In this document: positions 47,274 to 57,955 of the stretch, in pieces
Layout of the letters: the number at the start of each line of letters is the position of its first letter
How positions within the stretch are numbered: position 1 is the stretch's first letter
Virus record (IMG/VR): IMGVR_UViG_3300035502_000313
Span: 64,001 to 128,000 of that record
DNA: 64,000 nt
Strand: one strand, 5' to 3'
Source of the DNA: a virus
Taxonomy: Duplodnaviria > Caudoviricetes
Notes under the pieces: model-generated
Told to the model about the DNA's origin: nothing
What the model saw: the letters and a program-made list of their open reading frames with translations, nothing else
Databases searched by the model: none
Translations under genes and position numbers: made by a program

Positions 47274-48986
47274 TTAATACTTGTTTACATTAAGAGTTGG
47301 AAGAATGAACTGGTTAGCAGTAGCCATGATAGTAATAATCTTAGAGATAGTATTGAGTGTGCATGTATCTGTATCAATACTTGTAAGAACTTTACCATCA
47401 TATTGTCTTGACACAATATTGAGAGGCATTCCCTTTTCAATAGACTCTGCTACAATATCATCAACAGACTCCATATTGTTCATAGTATCATATAACATAC
47501 TTGAAATTTCTACATATGCTGAATAAATGATAGTAGCAATAGCAAGCTTTGTCGAGTTAGCACTATCAGAATAGTTATCAAATATAGTCTTAGAAGCACG
47601 AAGACCCTCAAAGTTAGCAGCATAACCAACACCATTTAATGCTGCAGAACGACAGTTAAGAACAGCATCTTCGAGAAGGTCACGTTCAGCATCTCTATCT
47701 GCTACAGTAATACCGCCAACAAAGATTTCTACCATCTTACCCTTTAGAGAGTGAAGTCTCTTCTTAAGTGTATAAATATCTGTAGTATTGTTTCCTTCTA
47801 CCTCAAGCTTTTCAATCTGCTTTTCGAGATAATCAGTTCTCTGCTTAAATAGAGCTGTTGGATTACCATCTTCATCATACATATTTAATGGATAAACAAA
47901 AGTTGTCTTATTAGCATCAGAATTAACCTGAACAGCAGTACCAGCAAAATCATCAATTGTATCAGGTGTAGGAGCAAGACCCTTCTTAATATCTTCAGCC
48001 TGAATTTCTACATCAAGATACTTCTTAATATACTTACAACCACAAAGGTCACAGATATCTTCAAACTGTTCCATATCACAACCCTGAATATCTGTAATAA
48101 TATTCAACCAACCACGATTAGCAGCAGGTGCAGCAGCCATAGACTGCATAAGCATATCAATGTAAGAAGAATAGTCACGAGAAATCTTTGGTGCCATAAT
48201 AACTGTAGGAACCATATCTTCTGGTTTCTGATTCTTAATAGGACCAACAATATTCTTATAAAGAATAGCATCAAGGAATGTACCCATTTCGATAGTATCA
48301 ATTGGATCTTTAAATGCATAAATCTTAGGATTCTTGATTACACAAGCATTCTTGTCTACATCGTTAATAAGTGTAGGATCAAGGAAACCACAATCAATTG
48401 TCATACCATTAATCTCTTTAAGATATGTAGTACCATTCATAGATGCCTTTACATCAATATATACATCAAGTCCATATGTAGTATAAACATCCTTAACAAT
48501 AGATGCTAGCTTTTCATTATCATTTGTAGAGATAAGTGCAATATCATACATACTGACAATATCAGCTTCTCTAGAGTTGTTCTTAATCTCTTCACAGATT
48601 TCTTCAGTTACTTCCTTGAACTGAGTTACAATACTAGCAGGAGTAATCAAAGAAGAGTTTTCTTCTTCATATTCGGCAAGTTTCTTAAAAATAAGAGACG
48701 AAAGAATTGTGATAGATGTAGTAGAATCACCAATCTTAATAGCTTGTGTTCTTGTTTCCTCTTCAATATCAGAAAGAACAGACTTTTCGATTTCACCAGC
48801 AAACTGGATACTTCCAAGAATAGTATGACCATCCTTTGTATATCTAGGAAGTGCACCTTCCTTATAAATAATTGTATTAGAACCAAAAGGACCGAAGGAC
48901 TTACTTAGTGCATCCTTAAGAATATCCATAGTTTCAAGCTGAACTCTTCTAAGAGATTCTTTGTTAACAATGTTTGTGAAAGACAT
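47274..48986 (-). CDS. phage GroEL-like chaperonin
   Basis: SFGPFG, TKDGHTIL, IGDSTTS (GDGTTT-like), IFVGG...ERDLLEDAV. Confidence 0.88.
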   Translation of the reverse strand: MSFTNIVNKESLRRVQLETMDILKDALSKSFGPFGSNTIIYKEGALPRYTKDGHTILGSIQFAGEIEKSVLSDIEEETRTQAIKIGDSTTSITILSSLIFKKLAEYEEENSSLITPASIVTQFKEVTEEICEEIKNNSREADIVSMYDIALISTNDNEKLASIVKDVYTTYGLDVYIDVKASMNGTTYLKEINGMTIDCGFLDPTLINDVDKNACVIKNPKIYAFKDPIDTIEMGTFLDAILYKNIVGPIKNQKPEDMVPTVIMAPKISRDYSSYIDMLMQSMAAAPAANRGWLNIITDIQGCDMEQFEDICDLCGCKYIKKYLDVEIQAEDIKKGLAPTPDTIDDFAGTAVQVNSDANKTTFVYPLNMYDEDGNPTALFKQRTDYLEKQIEKLEVEGNNTTDIYTLKKRLHSLKGKMVEIFVGGITVADRDAERDLLEDAVLNCRSAALNGVGYAANFEGLRASKTIFDNYSDSANSTKLAIATIIYSAYVEISSMLYDTMNNMESVDDIVAESIEKGMPLNIVSRQYDGKVLTSIDTDTCTLNTISKIITIMATANQFILPTLNVNKY

Positions 48987-49016
48987 ATATTATTTCCTCC
49001 TTAATAATTATATTAC

Positions 49017-49781
49017 TTAATTGTTTTTCTTTTTCTTTTTTACCACAAATCGCAATGTTGCATAATCAGGGTCATCTTTTCTATAAGTATCGATGATTCC
49101 TGTCTTAGAATAACCATTTTCCCAAAGATAATGAGAAACTTTTATATCTGGATATGGTTTATCATCAAATGTAATATTGAATTTGTAGTTCATGAAAAGG
49201 ATTCTTTTTTCATTGAATTTATTCTTAAATTTAAAAACATCGTTCTTATTCTTAAAAATAAACTCTGTATACTCATCTAATGACAAATCAGATGGGTCTT
49301 CTTTAACAATGATATTTACCTTAGAATGGTACTTTCTAATTACAGCTTCTTCCTCTTTAGAAGTACACAGCACTGTAACATGTACATTATCTATATTTGT
49401 ATATACAGAAATTAAAAAGAATAAACCAGTAATAGCCATATACTTATCTTCTTTAAGTAAGTCTGAATATCTTGTAGTCATGATTTCTTTATAAATATTA
49501 TTGGCTATTTCTTTATCTCTAATACATATAGTTACAGGATTAGGATCATTCCTATTTAAAAGAATTGTCTTAACTTGCTTGGTTGTCATATTCATAATCT
49601 TCTGATTAACATACTTTGGATTATTGAATTCTTCTTGAATCATTCTTAGAATAGCAAAATCTAAATCAACAAGTGTATTAAACATAACGAGAAAATTATG
49701 ATATCCAGTAGCTGGGTCGTTCTTTATTTCTTTTCTTGTTCCATCAGAATGAACTTCTTCGACTTTAATATCTTGAATCAT
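49017..49781 (-). CDS. hypothetical protein
   Basis: 254-aa ORF coupled (ATGA) to upstream gene. Confidence 0.7.
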   Translation of the reverse strand: MIQDIKVEEVHSDGTRKEIKNDPATGYHNFLVMFNTLVDLDFAILRMIQEEFNNPKYVNQKIMNMTTKQVKTILLNRNDPNPVTICIRDKEIANNIYKEIMTTRYSDLLKEDKYMAITGLFFLISVYTNIDNVHVTVLCTSKEEEAVIRKYHSKVNIIVKEDPSDLSLDEYTEFIFKNKNDVFKFKNKFNEKRILFMNYKFNITFDDKPYPDIKVSHYLWENGYSKTGIIDTYRKDDPDYATLRFVVKKKKKNN

Positions 49782-50014
49782 TCTTGTAACACCACCTTTA
49801 TATCTTCTTTCTTCTTACCAACAGGTAATACATATAGTGTTTCATCTTTCTTCATTAGATGCTTTACACAATCTGAATTATAATAGATGAACTGAAGTGC
49901 TTCTTCTTCAGTATTAAAAGTCATATTAGAATAACCAGAGAATAAATATCTACCAGTGTGATCTTTGTAAAGAAATGAAACTTTATCGTTATTACGTTTT
50001 GCGATAGTAAACAA
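49778..50014 (-). CDS. hypothetical protein
   Basis: TTG start after AGGAGG. Confidence 0.6.
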   Translation of the reverse strand: MFTIAKRNNDKVSFLYKDHTGRYLFSGYSNMTFNTEEEALQFIYYNSDCVKHLMKKDETLYVLPVGKKKEDIKVVLQE

Positions 50015-50035
50015 AATTTATATCCTCCTAATAAT

Positions 50036-50290
50036 TTATCTATTACGTCTAATAAGAATAGATACTATAAAATATATAATAGCATAAAATGATATACTTG
50101 CCATTATACAATATAACAAAGCATTGTATTTGTTTTCTAAATACATAAAACTTCTATTTCTACTAAGTAGTCTATATATTATAGCACCAATTTTTGTTCT
50201 TGGTTTTTCTCCATCACCAAAAAATAACTGATATAGAACAAGAGTTATTGATACTATAAACACAACCATCCATATTATTAATCCTATCAT
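50036..50290 (-). CDS. small two-TM membrane protein
   Basis: ATG 50290 after AGGAG; two hydrophobic helices. Confidence 0.6.
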   Translation of the reverse strand: MIGLIIWMVVFIVSITLVLYQLFFGDGEKPRTKIGAIIYRLLSRNRSFMYLENKYNALLYCIMASISFYAIIYFIVSILIRRNR

Positions 50291-50354
50291 ACAACTTCTC
50301 CTTTTCAAAAGAGAGGGATAACAAATTATCCCTCTCAATTATATTTTACTTATC

Positions 50355-51155
50355 TTAGTCCAACAAAGAAGCAATCTCATTCATAGCATCTTCATAATCT
50401 GTAGAGTTAATCTTAGGACTCTCTGAATTAACTGATGTTGAATTGTTATTGTACCAACTTGACTTGCTATTGAATTTACTGCTGCTATTCTCACTCTTAA
50501 TACCAAGCTTTTCTCTAGCATCTTTAATAAAGTTAAATGTACGATTATCGTTAGCCTTGTTTGCTTCAAGAACGGATGATGCCATAGCACTTGTATATGC
50601 TTCTACAAAACTCTTAAGAAGAGTTTCAATCATATCGAGTTCAATAGAACTTGAATAGTCTGTATACTTTTCAAAGTCATTACTATTTACATAGTTTACG
50701 ATTCCATATACATCTGTAGTATTAATCTCGTATGCCGCTTCTCCTTCTTTAGAACCGTCAGCTCCAATAAGATTAATAACAATGAAAGTTCCCTTTACAT
50801 TGTACATCTTCTCACCATTTGCAATATAGATAACTCCTTTATTTGTAGGAACACCAATATTTGTATAGGCATCAGGATTTGCTCTAAACTGCTGAATACA
50901 ATGCAAGAACATCTGAGCCTTTGACGGAGAAAGATAGATATCGATATGATTATTTGTATCAACCTTATTAGCAGAACCTTCCTGAACAATGATAGGATTC
51001 ATTGTAATCTTGAGAAGAGAACTCCAATATGTGAAATTAAGACAAGTGTTATCCACCTTAGATGTTGAGTTGAAGAATCTGAAAGATGAACGTGTAGACG
51101 GTGAAAAAGTATTGTTACCACCATTCTGATTGTTGCTATTGTTGTTAGTCATCAT
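50355..51155 (-). CDS. hypothetical protein, possibly ssDNA-binding
   Basis: Beta-rich core, N/S-rich linker, acidic C-terminus (DYEDAMNEIASLLD); AACA-N6-TA at 51192-51203; function speculative. Confidence 0.55.
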   Translation of the reverse strand: MMTNNNSNNQNGGNNTFSPSTRSSFRFFNSTSKVDNTCLNFTYWSSLLKITMNPIIVQEGSANKVDTNNHIDIYLSPSKAQMFLHCIQQFRANPDAYTNIGVPTNKGVIYIANGEKMYNVKGTFIVINLIGADGSKEGEAAYEINTTDVYGIVNYVNSNDFEKYTDYSSSIELDMIETLLKSFVEAYTSAMASSVLEANKANDNRTFNFIKDAREKLGIKSENSSSKFNSKSSWYNNNSTSVNSESPKINSTDYEDAMNEIASLLD

Positions 51156-51288
51156 TTTAATTTACCTCCTGGCTTTAAGCCATATTTATTTTATTAAATT
51201 GTTATAGCTATACTAATTTGTAACTATCCTATTGCCTTCAATTACGTCAACTTATTAATAAAAGTCCTTAAGAAAGGAGAGAAATAAA

Positions 51289-53604
51289 TTGGCTGTTAAA
51301 ATAGTAAATACTGGTGTTACTATATATGATGATGACTCAGATAATACAGATGTCACTTATAGTAATCCACAATATCTAGGTAATATGAATCCTATACCAG
51401 ACAATAAAACTAGTCCAAAACGTTATGTTCCTTTGGCTGGATTATTCGGTGCTAAGAAAGCTTCTTCCGATGTACAAGAAGATACAAGATGTGATTCTAG
51501 TGGTAATTATGTTACAGTATATTATCAAATGAATACAGAGAATAAATCATTCTTAGAGATGCATTATTATTTAAGAGCTATTGGTATAAAGAATAATAAG
51601 TTTCATCTTTTATTATATGATAAGGATTTAGCTGGAGTAGATCCATATGATCAATCTCTTCCTACATACATGAAACAAAAGATATTCTTAGAATGTCAAA
51701 GAAACTTTTGGTATTATGTAAGAGAAGTAGTTAGAGTACAGAGTCAGGGTGGTCCTTATGTAAGATATAGATTAGACAGAGGAAACCTTGCATTGAACTT
51801 CTGTTTTACATTAAATCTAAATATATATGAAGAACAACCTCGTCAGACAGGTAAAACTGTTGGTACTAACGTATGGTTCTCGTGGGTTTATAACTTTGGT
51901 TCTCGTAACGCTAATATGATATTCTTAAACAAGAAACATGATGACGCTAAGCGTAACCTTAATGATTTAAAAAATATTATAAAAGCGTTACCATCTTATT
52001 TAAGATTCGACCAAGCTTTTGGTATTGACGGTAAGAAACTTAAAGCAACCAACACTGTACAATATCTACAGCATAAGATTAACTTTAATAAAATAGAAGC
52101 ATTACCAATGGCTAGAAACCGTACATCTGCTATATCATTACTCCGTGGTCGTACAGTAACAAATTGCTGGATCGATGAGTCTGCGTTCTTCCAATATCTT
52201 GAAGAATCATTACAGAATGGTATGCCTGCTCTTACAACTGCATTTAGAAACTGTAAGATAAATGGTGCTCCTCATGGTTTATGTCTTACATCTACACCAG
52301 GCTTCTTAACCACAGAAGAAGGACAGTATATGTATGATCTAAAAAATAAGATGACACCATTCTCTGAGTTATGGTATGACTTCTCACTTAAGCAATTAAC
52401 TGATACACTAAATGCTAATGAGAAATCTATTTTTGTATATATCAGAACTACATATCAACAGTTAGGTTATAGTGAAGAATGGTTAAAAGAAAGAATCAAA
52501 GAACAGAACCAGAAATGGACTGATATACGTCGTGAATTCTTACTTGAATGGGCAACAAGTTCTGAGAACTGTCCTTTTACTCAAGATGAATTAAGAAACG
52601 TACAACGTTTCGTACAAAATCCAATTAAGCAAATCTATATTTCAAATTATCTATTTAATATCTATAGTGAAATCAATCCTAGAATAAAGACATTGATTGG
52701 TGTCGACGTAGCCGCTGGTTATTCTAAAGACTCATCTGCTATATCTGTAGTAGATTCTTCTACAACAAAATTAGTAGCTGACTTTAACTGTAACTATATT
52801 AACCCAGTGGATTTAGGTAATGTAATATACAATCTTGTATTAAACTACTTACCTAACTCGCTTGTTACTATCGAGCGTAACGGTGTAGGCACAGGTACTC
52901 TAGCACAATTAATGAAATCTAAGATTAGAAATAATCTATACTTTGAGATAAAAGAACGTACAATAGAAGAACGTTTAGACGGATTCAAAGCAAATAAACG
53001 TAAACAAATGACAAAAGTATATGGTGTAGATAATACTCAAATAGTAAGAGAAAGACTTATGGATTTACTTACAGATAGAGTAAGAGACCATTATGATAAA
53101 TTTGTTTCACCTGTTCTATTTGAAGAATTAAAGAATCTTGAATTAAAGAAAACTGGTAAGATAGACCACTCTGCTAATAGTCACGATGATGGTTTGTTCT
53201 CATTTTTATATGCTATATATCCATTATATTATGGAAAGAATGTAAGAGAGAACTGGCATATTTCTATTCCTACATTAAAAACTGCTGATGATGAAGCAGA
53301 AGAAATATTCCAAGATTATAGTGCTACTGAAGCAATACCTATAGTTAGAGATATAGAAAATCTTGAAAACGATGATATGATTCAAGAGCAGTTGTCTAAG
53401 CTAGATAGAACAAAGTTATATCAACAATTCCTTTCTGAACAACAGTATGAAAATGATATGGCTATGGCAAGAATCCTAGCAACTAAAACAGGTAGAGATG
53501 CTTATGCTGATAAGTTCAATATTCCAAGAAATCAACTTGACGATAATGATAATGGATTTGATATGCTAACTGCTATTGACAATTTCTATAGTGAAGATAA
53601 TTAA
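51289..53604 (+). CDS. terL: terminase large subunit
   Basis: Walker A QPRQTGKT, Walker B WIDESAF, TSTPG, RNase-H-like GVDVAAG..KDSS, IERN, HDD; AACT-N6-TA at 51249-51260. Confidence 0.92.
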   Translation: MAVKIVNTGVTIYDDDSDNTDVTYSNPQYLGNMNPIPDNKTSPKRYVPLAGLFGAKKASSDVQEDTRCDSSGNYVTVYYQMNTENKSFLEMHYYLRAIGIKNNKFHLLLYDKDLAGVDPYDQSLPTYMKQKIFLECQRNFWYYVREVVRVQSQGGPYVRYRLDRGNLALNFCFTLNLNIYEEQPRQTGKTVGTNVWFSWVYNFGSRNANMIFLNKKHDDAKRNLNDLKNIIKALPSYLRFDQAFGIDGKKLKATNTVQYLQHKINFNKIEALPMARNRTSAISLLRGRTVTNCWIDESAFFQYLEESLQNGMPALTTAFRNCKINGAPHGLCLTSTPGFLTTEEGQYMYDLKNKMTPFSELWYDFSLKQLTDTLNANEKSIFVYIRTTYQQLGYSEEWLKERIKEQNQKWTDIRREFLLEWATSSENCPFTQDELRNVQRFVQNPIKQIYISNYLFNIYSEINPRIKTLIGVDVAAGYSKDSSAISVVDSSTTKLVADFNCNYINPVDLGNVIYNLVLNYLPNSLVTIERNGVGTGTLAQLMKSKIRNNLYFEIKERTIEERLDGFKANKRKQMTKVYGVDNTQIVRERLMDLLTDRVRDHYDKFVSPVLFEELKNLELKKTGKIDHSANSHDDGLFSFLYAIYPLYYGKNVRENWHISIPTLKTADDEAEEIFQDYSATEAIPIVRDIENLENDDMIQEQLSKLDRTKLYQQFLSEQQYENDMAMARILATKTGRDAYADKFNIPRNQLDDNDNGFDMLTAIDNFYSEDN

Positions 53605-53647
53605 CAAAAATACAGAGGTGGGATTTTTATATCCCACCTCCATTTTA

Positions 53648-54475
53648 TTACTTAATATAGTCACTCAAATCAGATAAGAAGTTATAGAAATCCTTGATTC
53701 CTCTATCTAGTTCTTTCTTATATTCATCACAATCTTTCGAGAGTGTCTTCATTTCTTCCCCAACATTGATTCCTGTATCTAGTTTTTTCTTATATTCATC
53801 GCAACCTTTAGCGATTGCTTTCATCCCTTCCCCAAACTGAACTGACATCTTTTTGATGTCCTTAATAACTTCCGCCTCAGTATTTTTATCCTTAAAAGTA
53901 GGAGTTTTTTCAGTTGCTTTATTGTTTTCTGGTTTAATCTTGTCTTTTATCTTATTATCATTAATCTCTTTAGAGTCACACTCATGTAGACATTTCTTTT
54001 TACAATCTGGACTGCAAGATTCTTTATTTAGATATCTAAGACTTTCAGTTATAGAATCAACCTTATCATTTACTTTGTTAATCTTATCAACCTTTTCGAT
54101 AGGAGTCTTCTTAGTACTATTAATTATAGAACCAAAGAAAGAAGGACCAATTTTGATATTATCTGTACAAAGAAAACAATTTACACAGTCACCATCGCAC
54201 TTAGCAGTGGTTACCTTAGCTTCTTCTCTTACTTTTACTATGATCCATTCTTCGGAAAACAGTTCAATCATTGTTTCTTTCCATGGAACGTTACCATATC
54301 TAGATTGTACATAAAGATATGGAGCTGTCATCTTAGAATTATCTGTAGGAGTCTGAACTCTAATTACAACTTCTTCAGACCATTCAGGAAGTCTAATTCC
54401 ATAATCTTCTGGATATTCCTTAATAAAGTCAAATGCATATCCGAATGTCACATTTTTCTTAATAACTTTATACAT
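53648..54475 (-). CDS. divergent Tad2/DUF2829-like N-terminal domain plus Cys motif plus tandem repeat
   Basis: TFGYAF...IRLPEW...PYLY...VPWKETMIELFSEEW; CDGDCVNC; GE.MK...K.CDEYKK.LD.GI x2. Confidence 0.55.
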   Translation of the reverse strand: MYKVIKKNVTFGYAFDFIKEYPEDYGIRLPEWSEEVVIRVQTPTDNSKMTAPYLYVQSRYGNVPWKETMIELFSEEWIIVKVREEAKVTTAKCDGDCVNCFLCTDNIKIGPSFFGSIINSTKKTPIEKVDKINKVNDKVDSITESLRYLNKESCSPDCKKKCLHECDSKEINDNKIKDKIKPENNKATEKTPTFKDKNTEAEVIKDIKKMSVQFGEGMKAIAKGCDEYKKKLDTGINVGEEMKTLSKDCDEYKKELDRGIKDFYNFLSDLSDYIK

Positions 54476-54479
54476 ATAA

Positions 54480-54746
54480 TCATTCTCCTTCTCTAATAAA
54501 ATTAGTAATCTTTACATTATCAAATTTTTTATAAGCATCAATATAAAGCTCATTTAAATCACCATTGTATGTACACTCATAATACATTCCATCAGGAAGC
54601 GTAGTACTGATTAAGGCTTTCCAATTCTGAAGTGTCTTACAAGTCCATACTGTATATACATCAGAAATTGAAAATTTTACTTCATCTGTTACATCAAGAT
54701 GTTTTAATACATACTCATAAACAGCTTGTCTCATTTTTTCAAACAT
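54480..54746 (-). CDS. DUF6275-like protein
   Basis: VYTVWTCKTLQNWKALISTTLPDGMYYECTYNGD.NELYIDAYKK signature. Confidence 0.75.
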   Translation of the reverse strand: MFEKMRQAVYEYVLKHLDVTDEVKFSISDVYTVWTCKTLQNWKALISTTLPDGMYYECTYNGDLNELYIDAYKKFDNVKITNFIREGE

Positions 54747-54764
54747 AATTGTTTTCCTCTTCTC

Positions 54765-55151
54765 TTAATTAAATGTAGCAATATCGTTATGCCCAATTTC
54801 TTCAAAACCAGAAGTACTGAGCTCTTCAATTGTTCTAATATCACATACGTTTATTGTACGAATCTTAGATTCTCCATCCTCAGAACAATCAACAGAAATA
54901 GTATCAACAACAAATGGTTTAGTTTCTTTTGTCACATAAGATAATACTTCTTTTGTTTGACTCATTGTAAAAGATACAATACGACCATTTAGTGTATGAA
55001 TACCACATTCATTATCGGCAACGGTAATCTTATACACATCATCGGTATCAACTTCAATTACTTTATGAGCAATTCTATTCTTTTCTTGATAACTCAATTC
55101 AAGAACTAATCTAATCACAGCCTTAGCTTCACATTTCAAAAAATTAATCAT
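54765..55151 (-). CDS. hypothetical protein
   Basis: ATG 55151 after AAGGAGG; AACA-N6-TA at 55179-55190. Confidence 0.7.
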   Translation of the reverse strand: MINFLKCEAKAVIRLVLELSYQEKNRIAHKVIEVDTDDVYKITVADNECGIHTLNGRIVSFTMSQTKEVLSYVTKETKPFVVDTISVDCSEDGESKIRTINVCDIRTIEELSTSGFEEIGHNDIATFN

Positions 55152-55231
55152 AGGAATTATAACCTCCTTTATTATATTTATTGAAATGTTATACAAGGAG
55201 ATATTTAATCCCCTTGTATACATTCATAACA

Positions 55232-55462
55232 TCATCTATCATCATTTAATCTTGCTAAGGTTAATTCAATAAGATTATTAGTTGGAGTAACGATATTATC
55301 TAATACGTCTTGCTCCATATCTAACCAAACTTTCTTACGTTTTAAAAATGGAGTATCATTTATCTTGCCAATTATCTGACCACAGATTATTGCTTCTCTC
55401 AATCCCCAGTAGCCATCACAAGCTCTTTCATTACACCACTTTTTAAATTCTCTATATGTCAT
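55232..55462 (-). CDS. hypothetical protein
   Basis: Coupled (TAATG) to upstream gene; WCNERACDGYW motif. Confidence 0.65.
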   Translation of the reverse strand: MTYREFKKWCNERACDGYWGLREAIICGQIIGKINDTPFLKRKKVWLDMEQDVLDNIVTPTNNLIELTLARLNDDR

Positions 55463-57144
55463 TATCTCGCCTTCTTATTTCTCTTTCTAAGTTTCTTACT
55501 ATTTCTAGCTTCAAGAGGAATCATATACTCAGAAATTTTATCAAGAATATATACAATCTTATCAGAAACAATATCATTTACTTCACTATTGTTATTAGTG
55601 AAAGCAACTGTATATACAGCATTAGAAGCATAATATGCATAAATGTGCTCTGTAAGAGTATCAGCTTCAATAGCACTTAATACTGTATTAGCTACAAGAA
55701 CAATAAGTGTATTAATATAAGCTTCAGAATACAATCTATACTCATTGAATTTATTAAGTCCAATAGAATAGAACTTTAACTTTCTAGGAGAAGGCTCAAC
55801 AGTAGCAACCTTTTTATCATACTCATCTTCAAACTTCTTAAAACTATCACGAGCAGTCTTATAAGCTTTATTGATATTAGAAGGGGTTGCTTCAATACTA
55901 TTAATTACTCTAGTAAGATTAATAGCTTCTTTAAATGAGCTAGAAACTTCTCTTAACTGAGTAGCTTTATCAGGGTCTTCTTCCTGAATCTCATCAGCCT
56001 TTTCTTCAAGCTTATCAGTAAACTTATGATAAACTTCATCAGAGTATTCATCCATCATTGTACCAGCAATATTATTCATAGGAGCAAGGGTTTCCTTTAA
56101 TTCTTCATTAAAGTCCTTAATCTCTTTATCAAGATAAGTATTGTTTACAAGGTCATTAATGAATGACTTAGCAAAAAAGTTAATTGTAGCTTTATCAGCA
56201 CCACAAGATGCTGCCTCGGTAGAGATTACAGTCTTGATTGAATTTGGAAGTGCTTCAAATACATTAAACTTTTCACCAGACTTATATCTGTTCATAACTT
56301 CAATAAGCTGTGCTGCTTCTTCGTATGTTACGCTGTCATACTTATCCATAAGTGTAGATGTAAGAATGTTTTCATCTACAGTTAATGATGTTGCAGGAAC
56401 ATCGTTGAATTCCTCAAGAGTCATCTCATGTTCTTCTTCTACAGCTTCTTCCTGAGTATCTTCTGTTTCTTTATCAAGAGATTCCTTTAAACCATCAGCA
56501 GAAGTTACATAGTTTACAGTATCAATTAATTCTTGAGTAACATCGCTTAGTGTTTCACTAGTTGTATATGTGTTTCCTTCAAGAACAGTATTAGATACAA
56601 AACTTGGGAAAGACAACATTGAACTCATTTCTTCTTTAGATAATTCAACAGTGTCTTCACCCTCTCCAATAGTGATATTTTCAATAACAACATCATCTGT
56701 TGCAGCAGTGTCATATGTCTGAAAAGAACTTGTGTCCTCAGACACTACCTCCTTTTCACTATCAGAAACTACTTCTGTTGCATTGTTTTCTGGTTCACTT
56801 GTTTCAAGACCTCTCATGATTTCTTCTTCGATCGATTTCATTACATCGTCCTCCTGATTATCATTTAGTTTATTAATATATTTATCATATATTCCTTTGG
56901 CTTTTAAAGCATTAACCTCTTCTTGAGAAAGTGGTATATCGCTATTGATGATACTATTCATAATATCTTCTTCAATAATATCGGCGTCTTTCTCAAAATA
57001 GATTTTTTCTTGTGCATTTGGATTGTTGATTATATTATCCATAATCATTACATCTGGGTTATTTTCTCTGGCTGAACATAATTTCCCTATAAGGGCATCT
57101 ATATCATCATCAGACAACCCTTTTACGAATTCCTCATCACTCAT
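55462..57144 (-). CDS. hypothetical acidic protein
   Basis: 560 aa, GTG start overlapping upstream stop. Confidence 0.7.
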   Translation of the reverse strand: MSDEEFVKGLSDDDIDALIGKLCSARENNPDVMIMDNIINNPNAQEKIYFEKDADIIEEDIMNSIINSDIPLSQEEVNALKAKGIYDKYINKLNDNQEDDVMKSIEEEIMRGLETSEPENNATEVVSDSEKEVVSEDTSSFQTYDTAATDDVVIENITIGEGEDTVELSKEEMSSMLSFPSFVSNTVLEGNTYTTSETLSDVTQELIDTVNYVTSADGLKESLDKETEDTQEEAVEEEHEMTLEEFNDVPATSLTVDENILTSTLMDKYDSVTYEEAAQLIEVMNRYKSGEKFNVFEALPNSIKTVISTEAASCGADKATINFFAKSFINDLVNNTYLDKEIKDFNEELKETLAPMNNIAGTMMDEYSDEVYHKFTDKLEEKADEIQEEDPDKATQLREVSSSFKEAINLTRVINSIEATPSNINKAYKTARDSFKKFEDEYDKKVATVEPSPRKLKFYSIGLNKFNEYRLYSEAYINTLIVLVANTVLSAIEADTLTEHIYAYYASNAVYTVAFTNNNSEVNDIVSDKIVYILDKISEYMIPLEARNSKKLRKRNKKAR

Positions 57145-57955
57145 CTTCTAATTCATTCTCCTTTTCTTCATCATATTCTTCTGATGATGCAACTTCTGGA
57201 GTAGAATTCTCAGAATCTGATATAATAAGATTTTGAATAGCTACTCGTATTTCAGTAAGAATAGATGGAATATTTATAACTTTACAAATCTCATCTTTAA
57301 ACAGATTACCCATAGGAGCAATATTAGAATAAATAAAATCACATGTCTCTCTAGGATAATTGAATGTCAAGAATGTATAGAAGTCAATATCAAAACCAGA
57401 GATATAATAAATTACTTCTCTGATTCTAGCAATAATGACATCTACATTTTTAGAATTGTCAAACACTTTTCTTATATAATTAGTAGTACTATCTTTACTC
57501 TTCTTATACTTGTCAAGACCCATGTTATTATATATCTCGTTCTTATACATATAGATATAACGAGCAAAGAAATTAATTATGTTTCTGGAAAAACCAGAAA
57601 CAAAGATGTCATACATATTATATGCTAAGACATAACAGTCTGGGTTATCACCAATATACTGAAGATTAAATGAGTTACATATTTTATTAATTATAGTAAG
57701 ATAAGTCTCTTGTCTAATAGACATTATGTTTTCTCCATCATTTGGAAAATTATTTAACATACCCTTGAAGTTAAGTTCATATGAGTTAATAATATTTGGA
57801 TTTGAAATGGTCGAGTTAAATGCAAAACGATTTCTTATATTAGAATCAATAACGTCCATAACGTATTGGGTATTAAACTTAGATAAGATTTCAGCAATCT
57901 CACCTTCTGCCACCATATTATATACGTTACTATTTCTATACAAATCAATAGGCAT
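57137..57955 (-). CDS. hypothetical late protein
   Basis: AGGAGG RBS; AACA-N6-TA at 57988-57999. Confidence 0.7.
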   Translation of the reverse strand: MPIDLYRNSNVYNMVAEGEIAEILSKFNTQYVMDVIDSNIRNRFAFNSTISNPNIINSYELNFKGMLNNFPNDGENIMSIRQETYLTIINKICNSFNLQYIGDNPDCYVLAYNMYDIFVSGFSRNIINFFARYIYMYKNEIYNNMGLDKYKKSKDSTTNYIRKVFDNSKNVDVIIARIREVIYYISGFDIDFYTFLTFNYPRETCDFIYSNIAPMGNLFKDEICKVINIPSILTEIRVAIQNLIISDSENSTPEVASSEEYDEEKENELEDE

